Source of the DNA: an uncultured Gammaproteobacteria bacterium
GTDB taxonomy: Bacteria; Patescibacteriota; Patescibacteriia; GWA2-47-26
Direction of reading: 5' to 3'
DNA length: 64,000 bases
NCBI GenBank assembly: GCA_964532925.1
Contig: CAZHIP010000003.1
Location: 644 to 64,643 of the forward strand
The translations under genes and the position numbers were made by a program. Of this stretch, positions 27,384 to 36,271 are shown one piece after another. How positions within the stretch are numbered: the stretch's first letter is position 1; the number at the start of each line of letters is the position of its first letter. The notes under the pieces are model-generated. The model ran no database searches. It saw only the letters and a list, made by a program, of their open reading frames with translations, and had not been told where the DNA came from.

Positions 27384-29879
27384 CTATTTGGGGGCTCGCC
27401 ATACCCGCAGTCGGTGTACCACTCGAACGAGACATCCTTTCATTTTCTCGAGCGAAATGGCGCCTTTTATGAGCAGACTCACAAGAATACTTCCCAGTGC
27501 CACAAAAATGGCTGGCCATGGGAACGAACGAGGTTTTTCTACAGGTATCACCATCTCAACAACCGGCTCTACTTTAGTAGGCGGTGGTGGTTTCTCTAGA
27601 GTAATTTCTGCAAGCGTTCGTGGCACAATACGCAAACCCGCATTTGATTTCCGCACCTGGCCAGTGACGACTACCTTGTCACCAATGCCAGGAACTATAT
27701 TCTCCTTGCGATAATTCACTGCGGCCAAAGAAACTCGGAAGGAATGATCTCCATCTTTAATAGTCGCTATATTCCCCTTCTTTTCACTCACCATCCCACT
27801 CGTTCGAAGAACCTTCCCCACCATCTTGTCGGTAATACGTTCGAGTGAAACCAGGGGTCTTATTGGCTGGCTTTTACTGGCGGTTGTTTTTACTGTACTA
27901 GGTTTTGGTGTTTTTGGTTTTGTAGACACCACTTCCACGACAACTTGTTTTGTGGGTGCAGTGTTTGGTGTTGGCATTTCTGCTACAACCACATCTACTT
28001 TGTTTTCGCGATCAGGGCTAGGGGTAACCCACAACCAATCACCCGAAACCATTGCGAAAGATTTACCAACTGCGGCACCCCGATACATTATCTTATCTTT
28101 TTGATGCCGTTTCTGATCATACAGCGCTACATACCCTTTTTGCTTGAGAGTGTATTCGTCGAGTGGCACAGCAAAAAACCCGTGAGGTGCAATAACAATA
28201 TTTGAAAGATTTATTTGATGTTCTTCGTCATCTTTAAGACTCCACCCACTCAACCTGATATAAGAATCTGTCGTATTTGAAAGTTCTGCAAACGGTAAAT
28301 GTTGTAGTGGGTTTATCTCGGATATAACCACTGCTCCGTCTGGAATAGTTATCATATCTGGCGGCACTCCCTTGGTATTCGTGTCGCCTTTTGTTGCATT
28401 TAGTGCGATAAAATCCTTACTATCAACTCCTGTGTCGTACCCGTCAGATCGGCGACCAATGCTTTGAGGATCCATCGCTCTTAGTGCATTATCAACGCGA
28501 TTTCCATCATCCCAACTCCCATAACTCACACGATCATGTACCTCGCCCTTGTCGTCACGCAACACAACCACATCACCAGTGTTATTGAGTACACCTGGTA
28601 CATCTTTTACCACAAAAAACTGCCCTGGGATCCATGTGCCTACCAATGTTGTTTTTGCCCCTGACCCATCTTCAATCGTCCAACCCGCAAGATCAACCGA
28701 TGTTTCTCCGGCGTTATATAGTTCAATCCATTCAGTGTCACCATCACCCGGGTCAATCATCAATTCATTGATTCGCATGACTGCACTTGGGTTTGTTTTT
28801 ATAGTGCGTGAAGATATGCCACCGGCTGCCACCTCGCGTTGCAAAATAATATTCGGAAACCCTTTCGTTGGTTCCTCGGTCATGGCAAAATCTTGTGCAT
28901 TATTCCCTGTGCTCAGCGCACTGCTTTTTCGTGCGACTGCCTGATTTGTTTTAATACTCGCCGCATTGTCACTAAGATTTCCATCGTTCCATTTTCCGTA
29001 ACTGACCGCATCAAGCTCTATGCCGCTTAAAAGAATTCGTACTCGGTCACCATCGTTATTTATTTTGGCACTCGAAAGATCAAAAGCCTTAAGACTGTTT
29101 CCCGGCATTTGCCCAGACAAAGAAAGAATCGGCCCAACTCCGTCTTCTAAGGTTACACCCGAAAGATCAATTGAATTTGCGGTGGTATTTACTAATTCCA
29201 CCCACTCACTACCACTCGATGGTGCGGGAAACACTTCGTTAATCAACAGACTCCCTGCAGAAATTGCCGGCAACGTACTCGGTTGGCTTGTTGTTGCTTC
29301 CGTGGTTTGAGGTGTAATTACAGCAGCTGTTTTTGTGCTTGTTGGATTTGGGGTTGTTTGTAAGAAAAAATCCTTACTGTTGTCTCCCGTGTCCTCACTA
29401 CCTAGTCTTCTCTCAAGGCTTTGTTTAGCCCCTGGATTGGTTTCAAAAGCATTAATGCGAACAAGTACTCCCGTGGCACTTCCCCACCCCAGAGAATCGA
29501 TTATATCGCCTGTGTTTGCATCCCCACGCCGCAATGCGATTGAATTGTTATCCGAAAGTGTTCCGCTATTGGTTTCATTGGGTATCACCCCTGGTTGTAA
29601 AAAGTTCGTATTTGCCCATAAAAAGTACTCGCCGGCTGGAATAACCACCGAAGATGTCCATGATTTTATGGTGGTATCTGTAGTACCGGTGGCCGTGCGC
29701 TTTACGAGGCGATATCCAGTAAGATCAACAGGTTGGTTTGTTGGATTATAAAGTTCGATAAAATCCTGGTCGGTGGCACCAATACCACCAGTAATCTGAA
29801 CCTCGCTAATTACCACATGATCATTTGCCGCAAAAACGCTATTGGGCAACAAAAAAATTGCGATAACAAAAACCTTCAT
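27384..29879 (-). CDS. Membrane-anchored extracellular protein with four lamin-tail domains (LTD) and an OB-fold domain
   Basis: Signal peptide MKVFVIAIFLLPNSVFA; four copies of LTD signature (VISEVQITGG..DQDFIELYNPTNQPVDLTGYRL; LLINEVFPAPSSGSEWVELVNTTANSIDLSGVTL; MRINELMIDPGDGDTEWIELYNAGETSVDLAGWTI; VVISEINPLQHLPFAELSNTTDSYIRLSGWSL); OB-fold-like KVLRTSGMVSEKKGNIATIKDGDHSFRVSLAA...KVVVTGQVRKSNAGLRIV; C-terminal TM FPWPAIFVALGSILVSLLI. Confidence 0.75.
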   Translation of the reverse strand: MKVFVIAIFLLPNSVFAANDHVVISEVQITGGIGATDQDFIELYNPTNQPVDLTGYRLVKRTATGTTDTTIKSWTSSVVIPAGEYFLWANTNFLQPGVIPNETNSGTLSDNNSIALRRGDANTGDIIDSLGWGSATGVLVRINAFETNPGAKQSLERRLGSEDTGDNSKDFFLQTTPNPTSTKTAAVITPQTTEATTSQPSTLPAISAGSLLINEVFPAPSSGSEWVELVNTTANSIDLSGVTLEDGVGPILSLSGQMPGNSLKAFDLSSAKINNDGDRVRILLSGIELDAVSYGKWNDGNLSDNAASIKTNQAVARKSSALSTGNNAQDFAMTEEPTKGFPNIILQREVAAGGISSRTIKTNPSAVMRINELMIDPGDGDTEWIELYNAGETSVDLAGWTIEDGSGAKTTLVGTWIPGQFFVVKDVPGVLNNTGDVVVLRDDKGEVHDRVSYGSWDDGNRVDNALRAMDPQSIGRRSDGYDTGVDSKDFIALNATKGDTNTKGVPPDMITIPDGAVVISEINPLQHLPFAELSNTTDSYIRLSGWSLKDDEEHQINLSNIVIAPHGFFAVPLDEYTLKQKGYVALYDQKRHQKDKIMYRGAAVGKSFAMVSGDWLWVTPSPDRENKVDVVVAEMPTPNTAPTKQVVVEVVSTKPKTPKPSTVKTTASKSQPIRPLVSLERITDKMVGKVLRTSGMVSEKKGNIATIKDGDHSFRVSLAAVNYRKENIVPGIGDKVVVTGQVRKSNAGLRIVPRTLAEITLEKPPPPTKVEPVVEMVIPVEKPRSFPWPAIFVALGSILVSLLIKGAISLEKMKGCLVRVVHRLRVWRAPK

Positions 29880-29995
29880 TACGTGAGTCCTCCGCTCCCA
29901 CATAGTATATCCCCCTTAAAAATGTGTTTCAATTATATCAAACACTTTTATTGCCGTCTTGTGGAAAAGATAAAATTCGCTTATTCTACTGGCAT

Positions 29996-30076
29996 GCCGG
30001 AGTGGCGAAATGGCAGACGCACCAGCCTTAGGAGCTGGCGAGGCAACTCATGAGGGTTCAAGTCCCTCCTCCGGCA
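29996..30076 (+). tRNA. tRNA-Leu (anticodon TAG)
   Basis: Acceptor gccggag/ctccggc, anticodon stem ccagc/gctgg loop ctTAGga, long variable arm, T-arm gaggg-ttcaagt-ccctc, discriminator A. Confidence 0.85.
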
Positions 30077-30080
30077 TATT

Positions 30081-30115
30081 AAAAAAGACCAATGGAAATC
30101 ATTGGTCTTTTTTAA
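30081..30115. terminator. Bidirectional rho-independent terminator (aagaccaatg-gaaat-cattggtctt flanked by A6/T6)
   Basis: Perfect 10-bp stem with A-run upstream and T-run downstream between convergent tRNA-Leu and cls-like gene. Confidence 0.7.
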
Positions 30116-30123
30116 TACGGTAA

Positions 30124-31308
30124 TTACGTCTTATGTTCTTTTTGAGTAAGCACGTTAATGAGAATAAATTGCGAAAAACGGATAAGCTGATACGCAAGGA
30201 ACGATATGAATGTTTCGTAAAAACGACGTTTTTTGAGATGATCTTTCGTCAAAGGACGACATTTTTCTCTCATCACAGTATTTAGATACTCACTAAAATT
30301 TGAACTGAAGCTTTTGTCAAAAATATCAATATTGGTTTCAACTAAACCGTAGGTGCTTAAGAAGTTCAAATCGTGGGAACCGATAGTTGCCCACATCCCA
30401 TCAGCTACAGCCGCTTTACCGTGCAAAATAGAAGGTTCGTATTCGTAGATTTTTACATTGTATTTTAACAACCAGCCATACAAATAATTCATTGCCAGGC
30501 GAAACACTGGTTCATCGGACGATTTCGACAAAATAACGTTCACCTGAACCCCTCGCGCCGTTGCTTCACGAATAGATTTCCTTAATGTATACCCCGGCAT
30601 AAAATATGCCCCAACAATAGTGATGTATTGTTCTGCACTACGAAATGCATGCCGATAACTTCTAAAGATTTGACTCTTCTTTCTGATCCCGTCATTCATA
30701 AGAACCCGCGCCAGCGTCTTCCCTTCTCGGATTGATTTTTCACCGGCTGGATTTAGATTTTTAACAGAGGGCCTCCTTGTAAATCGCTTCCGCCAAATAC
30801 TTTCGCATATGTAGGCAATATCCCGACAAATATCTCCTTTGACCAAAACCGCGAAATCAAACCACGCCAGCTCTTTTTTGCTGCCTAAATAGTTATTGGC
30901 AATATTTACTCCCCCCACCAATGCTTTTTTACTATCAGCTACCGCAACTTTATGATGAAGCCTCCGACCAAAATGAAAACCCCTTACAGATACAAAGGGT
31001 GAAAAAAAACGAAATTGGATACCAGCTTTCCTTAGTTCTTCTTTGAATTTTGTGGAAAGCCCAAATGAGCCGTATGTGTCGGCAACTAAAAATACCTGCA
31101 CCCCTCGCAAAACCGCTTTTTTAAGAGCCTCCGCAATCCGTTGACCTGCCTCATCTTCATCAAAAATATATACTTGCAAGTGAACAGTTTCCTTGGCTTC
31201 ATGTAGTAATGTTTCTAATACATGAAAATACTCTTCACCCCCTGACACGAGTGTAAGATCAGCGTCTACGTGAAAAGCTTTAAAAAAATTCTTATTTAAA
31301 ACTTTCAT
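30124..31308 (-). CDS. Phospholipase D-family protein, cardiolipin synthase-like (two HKD motifs)
   Basis: HxKxxxxD motifs RRLHHKVAVADSKKALVGGVNI and SILHGKAAVADGMWATIGSHDLN; 394 aa. Confidence 0.8.
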   Translation of the reverse strand: MKVLNKNFFKAFHVDADLTLVSGGEEYFHVLETLLHEAKETVHLQVYIFDEDEAGQRIAEALKKAVLRGVQVFLVADTYGSFGLSTKFKEELRKAGIQFRFFSPFVSVRGFHFGRRLHHKVAVADSKKALVGGVNIANNYLGSKKELAWFDFAVLVKGDICRDIAYICESIWRKRFTRRPSVKNLNPAGEKSIREGKTLARVLMNDGIRKKSQIFRSYRHAFRSAEQYITIVGAYFMPGYTLRKSIREATARGVQVNVILSKSSDEPVFRLAMNYLYGWLLKYNVKIYEYEPSILHGKAAVADGMWATIGSHDLNFLSTYGLVETNIDIFDKSFSSNFSEYLNTVMREKCRPLTKDHLKKRRFYETFISFLAYQLIRFSQFILINVLTQKEHKT

Positions 31309-31340
31309 TCTATTAGTATACTATCGCTGCAACAACTCCA

Positions 31341-32465
31341 CTAATCTTGCTTAATCGGCATGATGATATAAAGATGTCGCGCGTTACCCTTGGGAGCCAA
31401 AATACACGGATTAGCGCCGTCAACGATCCTGAATTCAATATCAGTAGATACAAGACTGTTTACTCCCTCGAGAAGATAGCGATAGTTAAAGGTGATTTTT
31501 GTTTCTTCCCCTTTTATTTCTGCAGGCACCGATGTTGCATAATTACCAAACTGCGTATTGCCTGAATCAATCTTCACAATATTGTTTTCTGGATCAATCG
31601 AAAGATGCACATCGTTCACGCCGGTTTTTGAAAACAAGCTTGCCGCTTTAATTGCCTGCACAAAGTCTTTTTTCACCACCACGACCGATGTCTTTGTCTC
31701 TTTAGGAATAATTTGTGTATAGTCTGGGTATTGTCCGTCGACCAAGCGTGAAATAAGCTCTACCCCGCTTCCCTGGAAGGTTACTTGGTTGGGTGAAATA
31801 ACCAATGTTGCTGTGGTATCAGCGCCTTTTTTCTGGTTAAAGATACGAACAAACTCATGGAGTGTTTTTACCGGCACAATCATTGAAGCAACTGCACCCT
31901 CCGAAGTAACCGTACATGGCACCTGTACTTCTGCGAGGCGATAACTGTCAGTGCCGACGAGTTTCATTACTTTTGATTCAGCGTCATACGTAAATAAGAC
32001 ACCAGAAATTTCTGGACGCACTTCACCGGGCGAAACTGTAAACAAAATACTTCCTACTGCTTCGAGCAATAACGGTAAATCGAATTGGACCACCAGCGAA
32101 CCTTCAACATCTGGAAGTAGTGGAAATTCTGATGACGGCATCCCTTTGATTTTTGTCGCACTTTTTCCACAAGCGATTTCGGCACCATCCCCCGTAACCA
32201 CAATATCTATTTTTTCATCTGGCAATACAGACACATAGTCCGCTAATAATTTTGCCGGCAATGTATATTCACCATGCTCTTCTATTTTTGCACGCACTTT
32301 TGCACGAGCACCAAGTTCGAGATTTGTCGCACACAAGACCAACCCATCTTCATCGGTCTTTAAGAGAATATTACTCAGGATGGGAAGATTCCCTCCTCGG
32401 GTTGCAATATTACTCACTACATTGATTCCTCCAACGAGATTATCTTTTGTACAACTTATCCTCAT
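31341..32465 (-). CDS. dnaN: DNA polymerase III beta sliding clamp
   Basis: 374 aa, three-domain clamp pattern, located immediately downstream of dnaA; N-terminus MRISCTKDNLVGGINVVSNIATRGGNLPILSNILL. Confidence 0.9.
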   Translation of the reverse strand: MRISCTKDNLVGGINVVSNIATRGGNLPILSNILLKTDEDGLVLCATNLELGARAKVRAKIEEHGEYTLPAKLLADYVSVLPDEKIDIVVTGDGAEIACGKSATKIKGMPSSEFPLLPDVEGSLVVQFDLPLLLEAVGSILFTVSPGEVRPEISGVLFTYDAESKVMKLVGTDSYRLAEVQVPCTVTSEGAVASMIVPVKTLHEFVRIFNQKKGADTTATLVISPNQVTFQGSGVELISRLVDGQYPDYTQIIPKETKTSVVVVKKDFVQAIKAASLFSKTGVNDVHLSIDPENNIVKIDSGNTQFGNYATSVPAEIKGEETKITFNYRYLLEGVNSLVSTDIEFRIVDGANPCILAPKGNARHLYIIMPIKQD

Positions 32466-32618
32466 AGTCGTGTGTTTGAATCTATTCTTTTAATATATAT
32501 GTAACCAGTAATAGTTCTAGTATAGGAGTGGAAAGCGTGGATAACTGGTTTCTGGTTGATATGTTAAGGCTTTTGCTTGTGGATAGTATGGGAGAGATGC
32601 TCTGCGCGCTTTGTATAA
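32466..32618. promoter_or_regulatory. dnaA-dnaN intergenic region with DnaA-box-like sites and AT-rich tract (candidate oriC segment)
   Basis: gtggataac at 32537-32545 and tgtggatag at 32578-32586 (each 1 mismatch to TGTGGATAA), AT-rich ttcttttaatatatatgtaacc at 32486-32507. Confidence 0.45.
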
Positions 32619-33986
32619 CTACTGGGTAACATATAAACGTTGTTTAATGTGTTCCATATCTTGCTTCAGTTTTTGATCATTTTCCAATCCTCTCCCAATC
32701 TTTGCACAGGCATGGATGGCAGTTGTGTGATCCCTTCCTCCAAGCTCTTGTCCAATCGCGGGATATGAATATTTTAATTCTTCGCGCAACAGATACATAA
32801 TAATTTGGCGAGGGAATGCTAAACGTTGCTCTCTGCTTTTTCCAGCAATTTCGTCGAGATCTACGTCAAAAAATGTCGCAACTGTCTGAATAACATGTTT
32901 TGGGGTGATCGATCGTTTTAAGCTGTTGCTCGCCGGTGTGAGAATTGTTTTTACAAAATCAAGAGTAAGCGGAGTGTTTTTGAGTTGATGAAAGGCAATC
33001 AGTTTATTGAGTGCTCCTTCGAGTTCGCGAACATTGTGGTGAATAACTCCCGCCACATATTGGATTACTTCACTATCAAGTGCATATTGTCGTTCAAAAC
33101 ATTTCTTTTCTAGGATTGCTACGCGGGTTTCAAAGTCTGGTGGGTTAATATCAGCAACCATCCCCCACTCAAAACGAGAGAGGAGGCGCTTTTCCATAGC
33201 ATTGATTTCTTTTGGTGGGCGGTCAGAGGACAGTAAGACTTGTTTGTTTGATTGGTGGAGTGCGTTGAAGGTGTGAAAAAAAGCCTCCTGTGTTTCGTTT
33301 TTACCCGACATAAATTGCACATCATCAACCATCAAGAGATCAACACCACGATAGCGGTCTTGAAATGTTTTTGCTTGGCCAGTTCTCACTGCATTAATAA
33401 AATCCGAGGTAAATGTCTCGGAGGTTACATAGAGAATTTTGGCACTAGGGTTTTGACGCACAATCTCGTTCCCTACTGCTTGGAGTAAGTGGGTTTTACC
33501 AAGTCCGACACCACCATAAATAAAGAGTGGGTTGTAGGCCTCACCAGGTCGTGCTGCAACGGCGCGGGCCGCAGCTGACGCAAGCTCGTTTCCTTTGCCA
33601 ATAATGTAGCTGTCGAACGTGTAGCGGGAGTTTAACCCCCAACGGCTTAATGATTCGCGGTTTGGGGTTGATTCTCGCAGAGGAGCAGATGCGTCGCTTG
33701 GGCGCACGAGACTTATGTTTGTTGGTTGAGGTGGAACAATTGACCCAACATGAAAGGAGAGTTTCTTTACAGTACGATCGGTAAGCTGTTGCAGGCGGCT
33801 TAAAATAGGTGCATGGTATTTCTTCTCAAGCCAAGCTTTGGTAAAATTGTTGGGTACAGAAATAGCGACAATCCCATTCTCCATACTTACGATTGCTGTA
33901 TTTTTGAACCAAGTAGTGAAATTAGCCTTGGAAAGCTGGAGTTCGAGTTCGCTTAACGTGGCTTGCCAAAGTTGTTCAGGGCTCAT
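32619..33986 (-). CDS. dnaA: Chromosomal replication initiator protein DnaA
   Basis: N-terminal MSPEQLWQATLSELELQL, AAA+ Walker A GGVGLGKTHLLQAVGNE, DnaA signature and C-terminal HTH (HTTAIHACAKI); 455 aa. Confidence 0.95.
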   Translation of the reverse strand: MSPEQLWQATLSELELQLSKANFTTWFKNTAIVSMENGIVAISVPNNFTKAWLEKKYHAPILSRLQQLTDRTVKKLSFHVGSIVPPQPTNISLVRPSDASAPLRESTPNRESLSRWGLNSRYTFDSYIIGKGNELASAAARAVAARPGEAYNPLFIYGGVGLGKTHLLQAVGNEIVRQNPSAKILYVTSETFTSDFINAVRTGQAKTFQDRYRGVDLLMVDDVQFMSGKNETQEAFFHTFNALHQSNKQVLLSSDRPPKEINAMEKRLLSRFEWGMVADINPPDFETRVAILEKKCFERQYALDSEVIQYVAGVIHHNVRELEGALNKLIAFHQLKNTPLTLDFVKTILTPASNSLKRSITPKHVIQTVATFFDVDLDEIAGKSREQRLAFPRQIIMYLLREELKYSYPAIGQELGGRDHTTAIHACAKIGRGLENDQKLKQDMEHIKQRLYVTQ

Positions 33987-34119
33987 AGAGTAAGGGTCAG
34001 GGTTTTTCAGAGGTTTTCAGTATAACAGGGTCAAGTTGTCCCCAGGAGTTGATAAAATGTGCACTTCCTGTGTATACTGTGTGCACCATGCATTATAAGA
34101 AGCACTAACTAAAAAAGCA

Positions 34120-34278
34120 ATGCCAAAGCGAACATACCAACCCAAGAAGCGCAAGCATGCCAAAGTACACGGTTTTCGCTCAAGAATGAGCACAAAAACC
34201 GGCCGTACCGTATTGGCCCGCCGCCGCGCAAAGGGTCGAAAAAAGCTCACGGTTTCCAAGCGTACGGTAAAGGTCTAA
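34120..34278 (+). CDS. rpmH: 50S ribosomal protein L34 (below ORF-track size cutoff)
   Basis: ATG at 34120, TAA at 34276; product [52 protein letters not shown] matches the L34 consensus (..[21 protein letters not shown]); classic position upstream of rnpA. Confidence 0.85.
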   Translation: MPKRTYQPKKRKHAKVHGFRSRMSTKTGRTVLARRRAKGRKKLTVSKRTVKV

Positions 34279-34350
34279 CGAGTGAATATGTGTTGATGAT
34301 AGGCGGATGCGGCACAACGGCTGCGTCCGCCTATTTGTTACCCTCTTTCT

Positions 34351-34692
34351 ATGCTTTCTAAGGAGAATCGTCTTCGTGACGATAAAACTATTGTAAAAAC
34401 GCTCCGCCTTGGTCGCCGTGTAAATCACGATGCGCTTTCTTTGGTTATCAATAAATCAGTCACCTCAAAAACAAAGATCGCGGTGGTCGTCGGGACAAAG
34501 ATTCACAAGCGCGCCGTTATCCGCAATCGGCTCAAGCGTCGCACGCGCGAAGCTTTGCGATTACTCACTCCCCGCTTGCAACCAGGATTTGATGTAGTGG
34601 TGTTTCCGCGCATGCTTGTCGATGAGATTTCTTTTGTTGAATTGCAAAAAATTATTGAAGGTCTTTTTCTAAAAGCACGATTGCTTGTATGA
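34351..34692 (+). CDS. rnpA: Ribonuclease P protein component
   Basis: 113 aa, basic; RNR motif region VIRNRLKRRTREALRL; follows rpmH. Confidence 0.85.
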   Translation: MLSKENRLRDDKTIVKTLRLGRRVNHDALSLVINKSVTSKTKIAVVVGTKIHKRAVIRNRLKRRTREALRLLTPRLQPGFDVVVFPRMLVDEISFVELQKIIEGLFLKARLLV

Positions 34693-34934
34693 GCGACTGG
34701 TTGAAAATTCCAGTGCTTATGGCCATCCGGGTTTATCAAAAAACCCTTTCGCCTGACCATGGATTGTTAAAGATCTTTTACCCGCGCGGGTTTTGCCGGT
34801 TTAATCCATCATGTTCTCAGTATGGTTGCGATGCCATAGAAAAATACGGCGTAATCAAAGGCGGCTTCAAGGCTATTCACCGCATCCTCCGCTGCCAGCC
34901 GTGGAGTAAGGGCGGCAACGACCCCCTTCTCTGA
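34689..34934 (+). CDS. yidD: Membrane protein insertion efficiency factor YidD
   Basis: 81 aa with conserved Cys pattern FYPRGFCRFNPSCSQYGCDAIEKYG; overlaps rnpA stop by 4 nt. Confidence 0.85.
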   Translation: MSDWLKIPVLMAIRVYQKTLSPDHGLLKIFYPRGFCRFNPSCSQYGCDAIEKYGVIKGGFKAIHRILRCQPWSKGGNDPLL

Positions 34935-34940
34935 AACTAA

Positions 34941-34974
34941 AAACACCCCGACGAGTATCGGGGTGTTTTTTTAT
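34941..34974. terminator. Rho-independent terminator (acaccccg-acgagta-tcggggtgt + T8)
   Basis: Hairpin plus T-run directly after yidD; convergent with tig. Confidence 0.65.
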
Positions 34975-34984
34975 TTGCAACTAC

Positions 34985-36259
34985 TTATTTTACCTGATCA
35001 GTGATCCAAGCAATTGCTTTGCGGTTTACGGCAATGGTGTGCGCGTATTCACGAAGCTCCTTTTTACGATCGTCTGACCAATCGCGGCCAGCGAGTGCGC
35101 CAGGAGCGACGACTTCACATTGCACGAGAACATCATCTTCACTTGCGGTGATGGATTCTTTCTTTACAATAGCGCGAAGCAGGAGACCAATTTTTACGCG
35201 CTCAATAGCTTGTGGGGTAATCTCGAGCATGAGTGCTTCGCGGGTCTTTTTCATGTGCGAGAGATACTCGTCGAATGATCCGCCTTCTTCAACAATGCGA
35301 GCCTCAAACTCGCGCATCATGCGGCGAACCTCCTCGTTTACTAAGTTGTCGGGGATGTCGCTGTAGTGAGTGAGCTTCATTGCGGCTTCGAGTATTGCAA
35401 GCTCGTACGCCTGGTCGTCTTTTTTGGTAGCATCATCCGACAAGTTCTTGTGGATGAGCGTCTTGAGATCTTCGACGGATTTCTGTCCAAGCTTTGATGC
35501 AAACTCATCGTTTACTTCTGGGTGATCAACCGCGTACACATCTTTAATGTTCACCGAGAAGTCGATTTTTTTACCCGCGATATTTTTGTTGTAGTGCTCT
35601 TTAGGGAACGGGAGCGTGAAGGTTTTTGTCTCTCCTGCTTTTGCCCCTTTGATCTGGTCTTTTAGGCCCGGAATATAATATTCCTCGTTCATATAAATAG
35701 CGTGAGATTTTGTCTCGCCGCCTTCAATCAAAACGTTGTCGAGGGTCATCTGCATATCAACGACAACTTTGGACATGTCGCCAACAGGCTCGGTCGTCAT
35801 GACTTCTTTCGATTGCATTTTCTGTAAATCTTTTACAACCTTACCCACGTCAGCATCTTTGATTTCTGTGTGTGTGCGTTTTACTTTGAGTTTTGAGAAG
35901 TCACCAACAGTAACCGATGGCACAAGTGCCACTGCAGCCCGAAACTTAAACGGATTACCGGGAGCGAGAGTCAACACTTCGATATGCGGCTGACCAACTG
36001 TTTCCAGGTTCTTTTCTTTGATCGCCTTGGTAAAGAAGTGTGGAACTGCGTGCTCTGCTGCTTCCTCCATTACAATCTGTGCACCAACCGAACGCTCCAC
36101 CATTTCGACAGGGGCAGCACCTGGACGAAACCCAGGGACAGCACGTGCTTTCGAAATAGTTGCAGCTGCTTTGGTGCGATAGGGGTCCATTTCTTCTACA
36201 CTCACTTCAATGGTGAATGTGGCAATACCTTTAGCTGTCTTCTCATCAAGAATCTGCAT
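34985..36259 (-). CDS. tig: Trigger factor
   Basis: 424 aa; N-terminal ribosome-binding motif region (AVPGFRPGAAPVEMVERS), central PPIase-like domain, C-terminal arm. Confidence 0.9.
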   Translation of the reverse strand: MQILDEKTAKGIATFTIEVSVEEMDPYRTKAAATISKARAVPGFRPGAAPVEMVERSVGAQIVMEEAAEHAVPHFFTKAIKEKNLETVGQPHIEVLTLAPGNPFKFRAAVALVPSVTVGDFSKLKVKRTHTEIKDADVGKVVKDLQKMQSKEVMTTEPVGDMSKVVVDMQMTLDNVLIEGGETKSHAIYMNEEYYIPGLKDQIKGAKAGETKTFTLPFPKEHYNKNIAGKKIDFSVNIKDVYAVDHPEVNDEFASKLGQKSVEDLKTLIHKNLSDDATKKDDQAYELAILEAAMKLTHYSDIPDNLVNEEVRRMMREFEARIVEEGGSFDEYLSHMKKTREALMLEITPQAIERVKIGLLLRAIVKKESITASEDDVLVQCEVVAPGALAGRDWSDDRKKELREYAHTIAVNRKAIAWITDQVK

Positions 36260-36271
36260 GGATGTGTGAAA

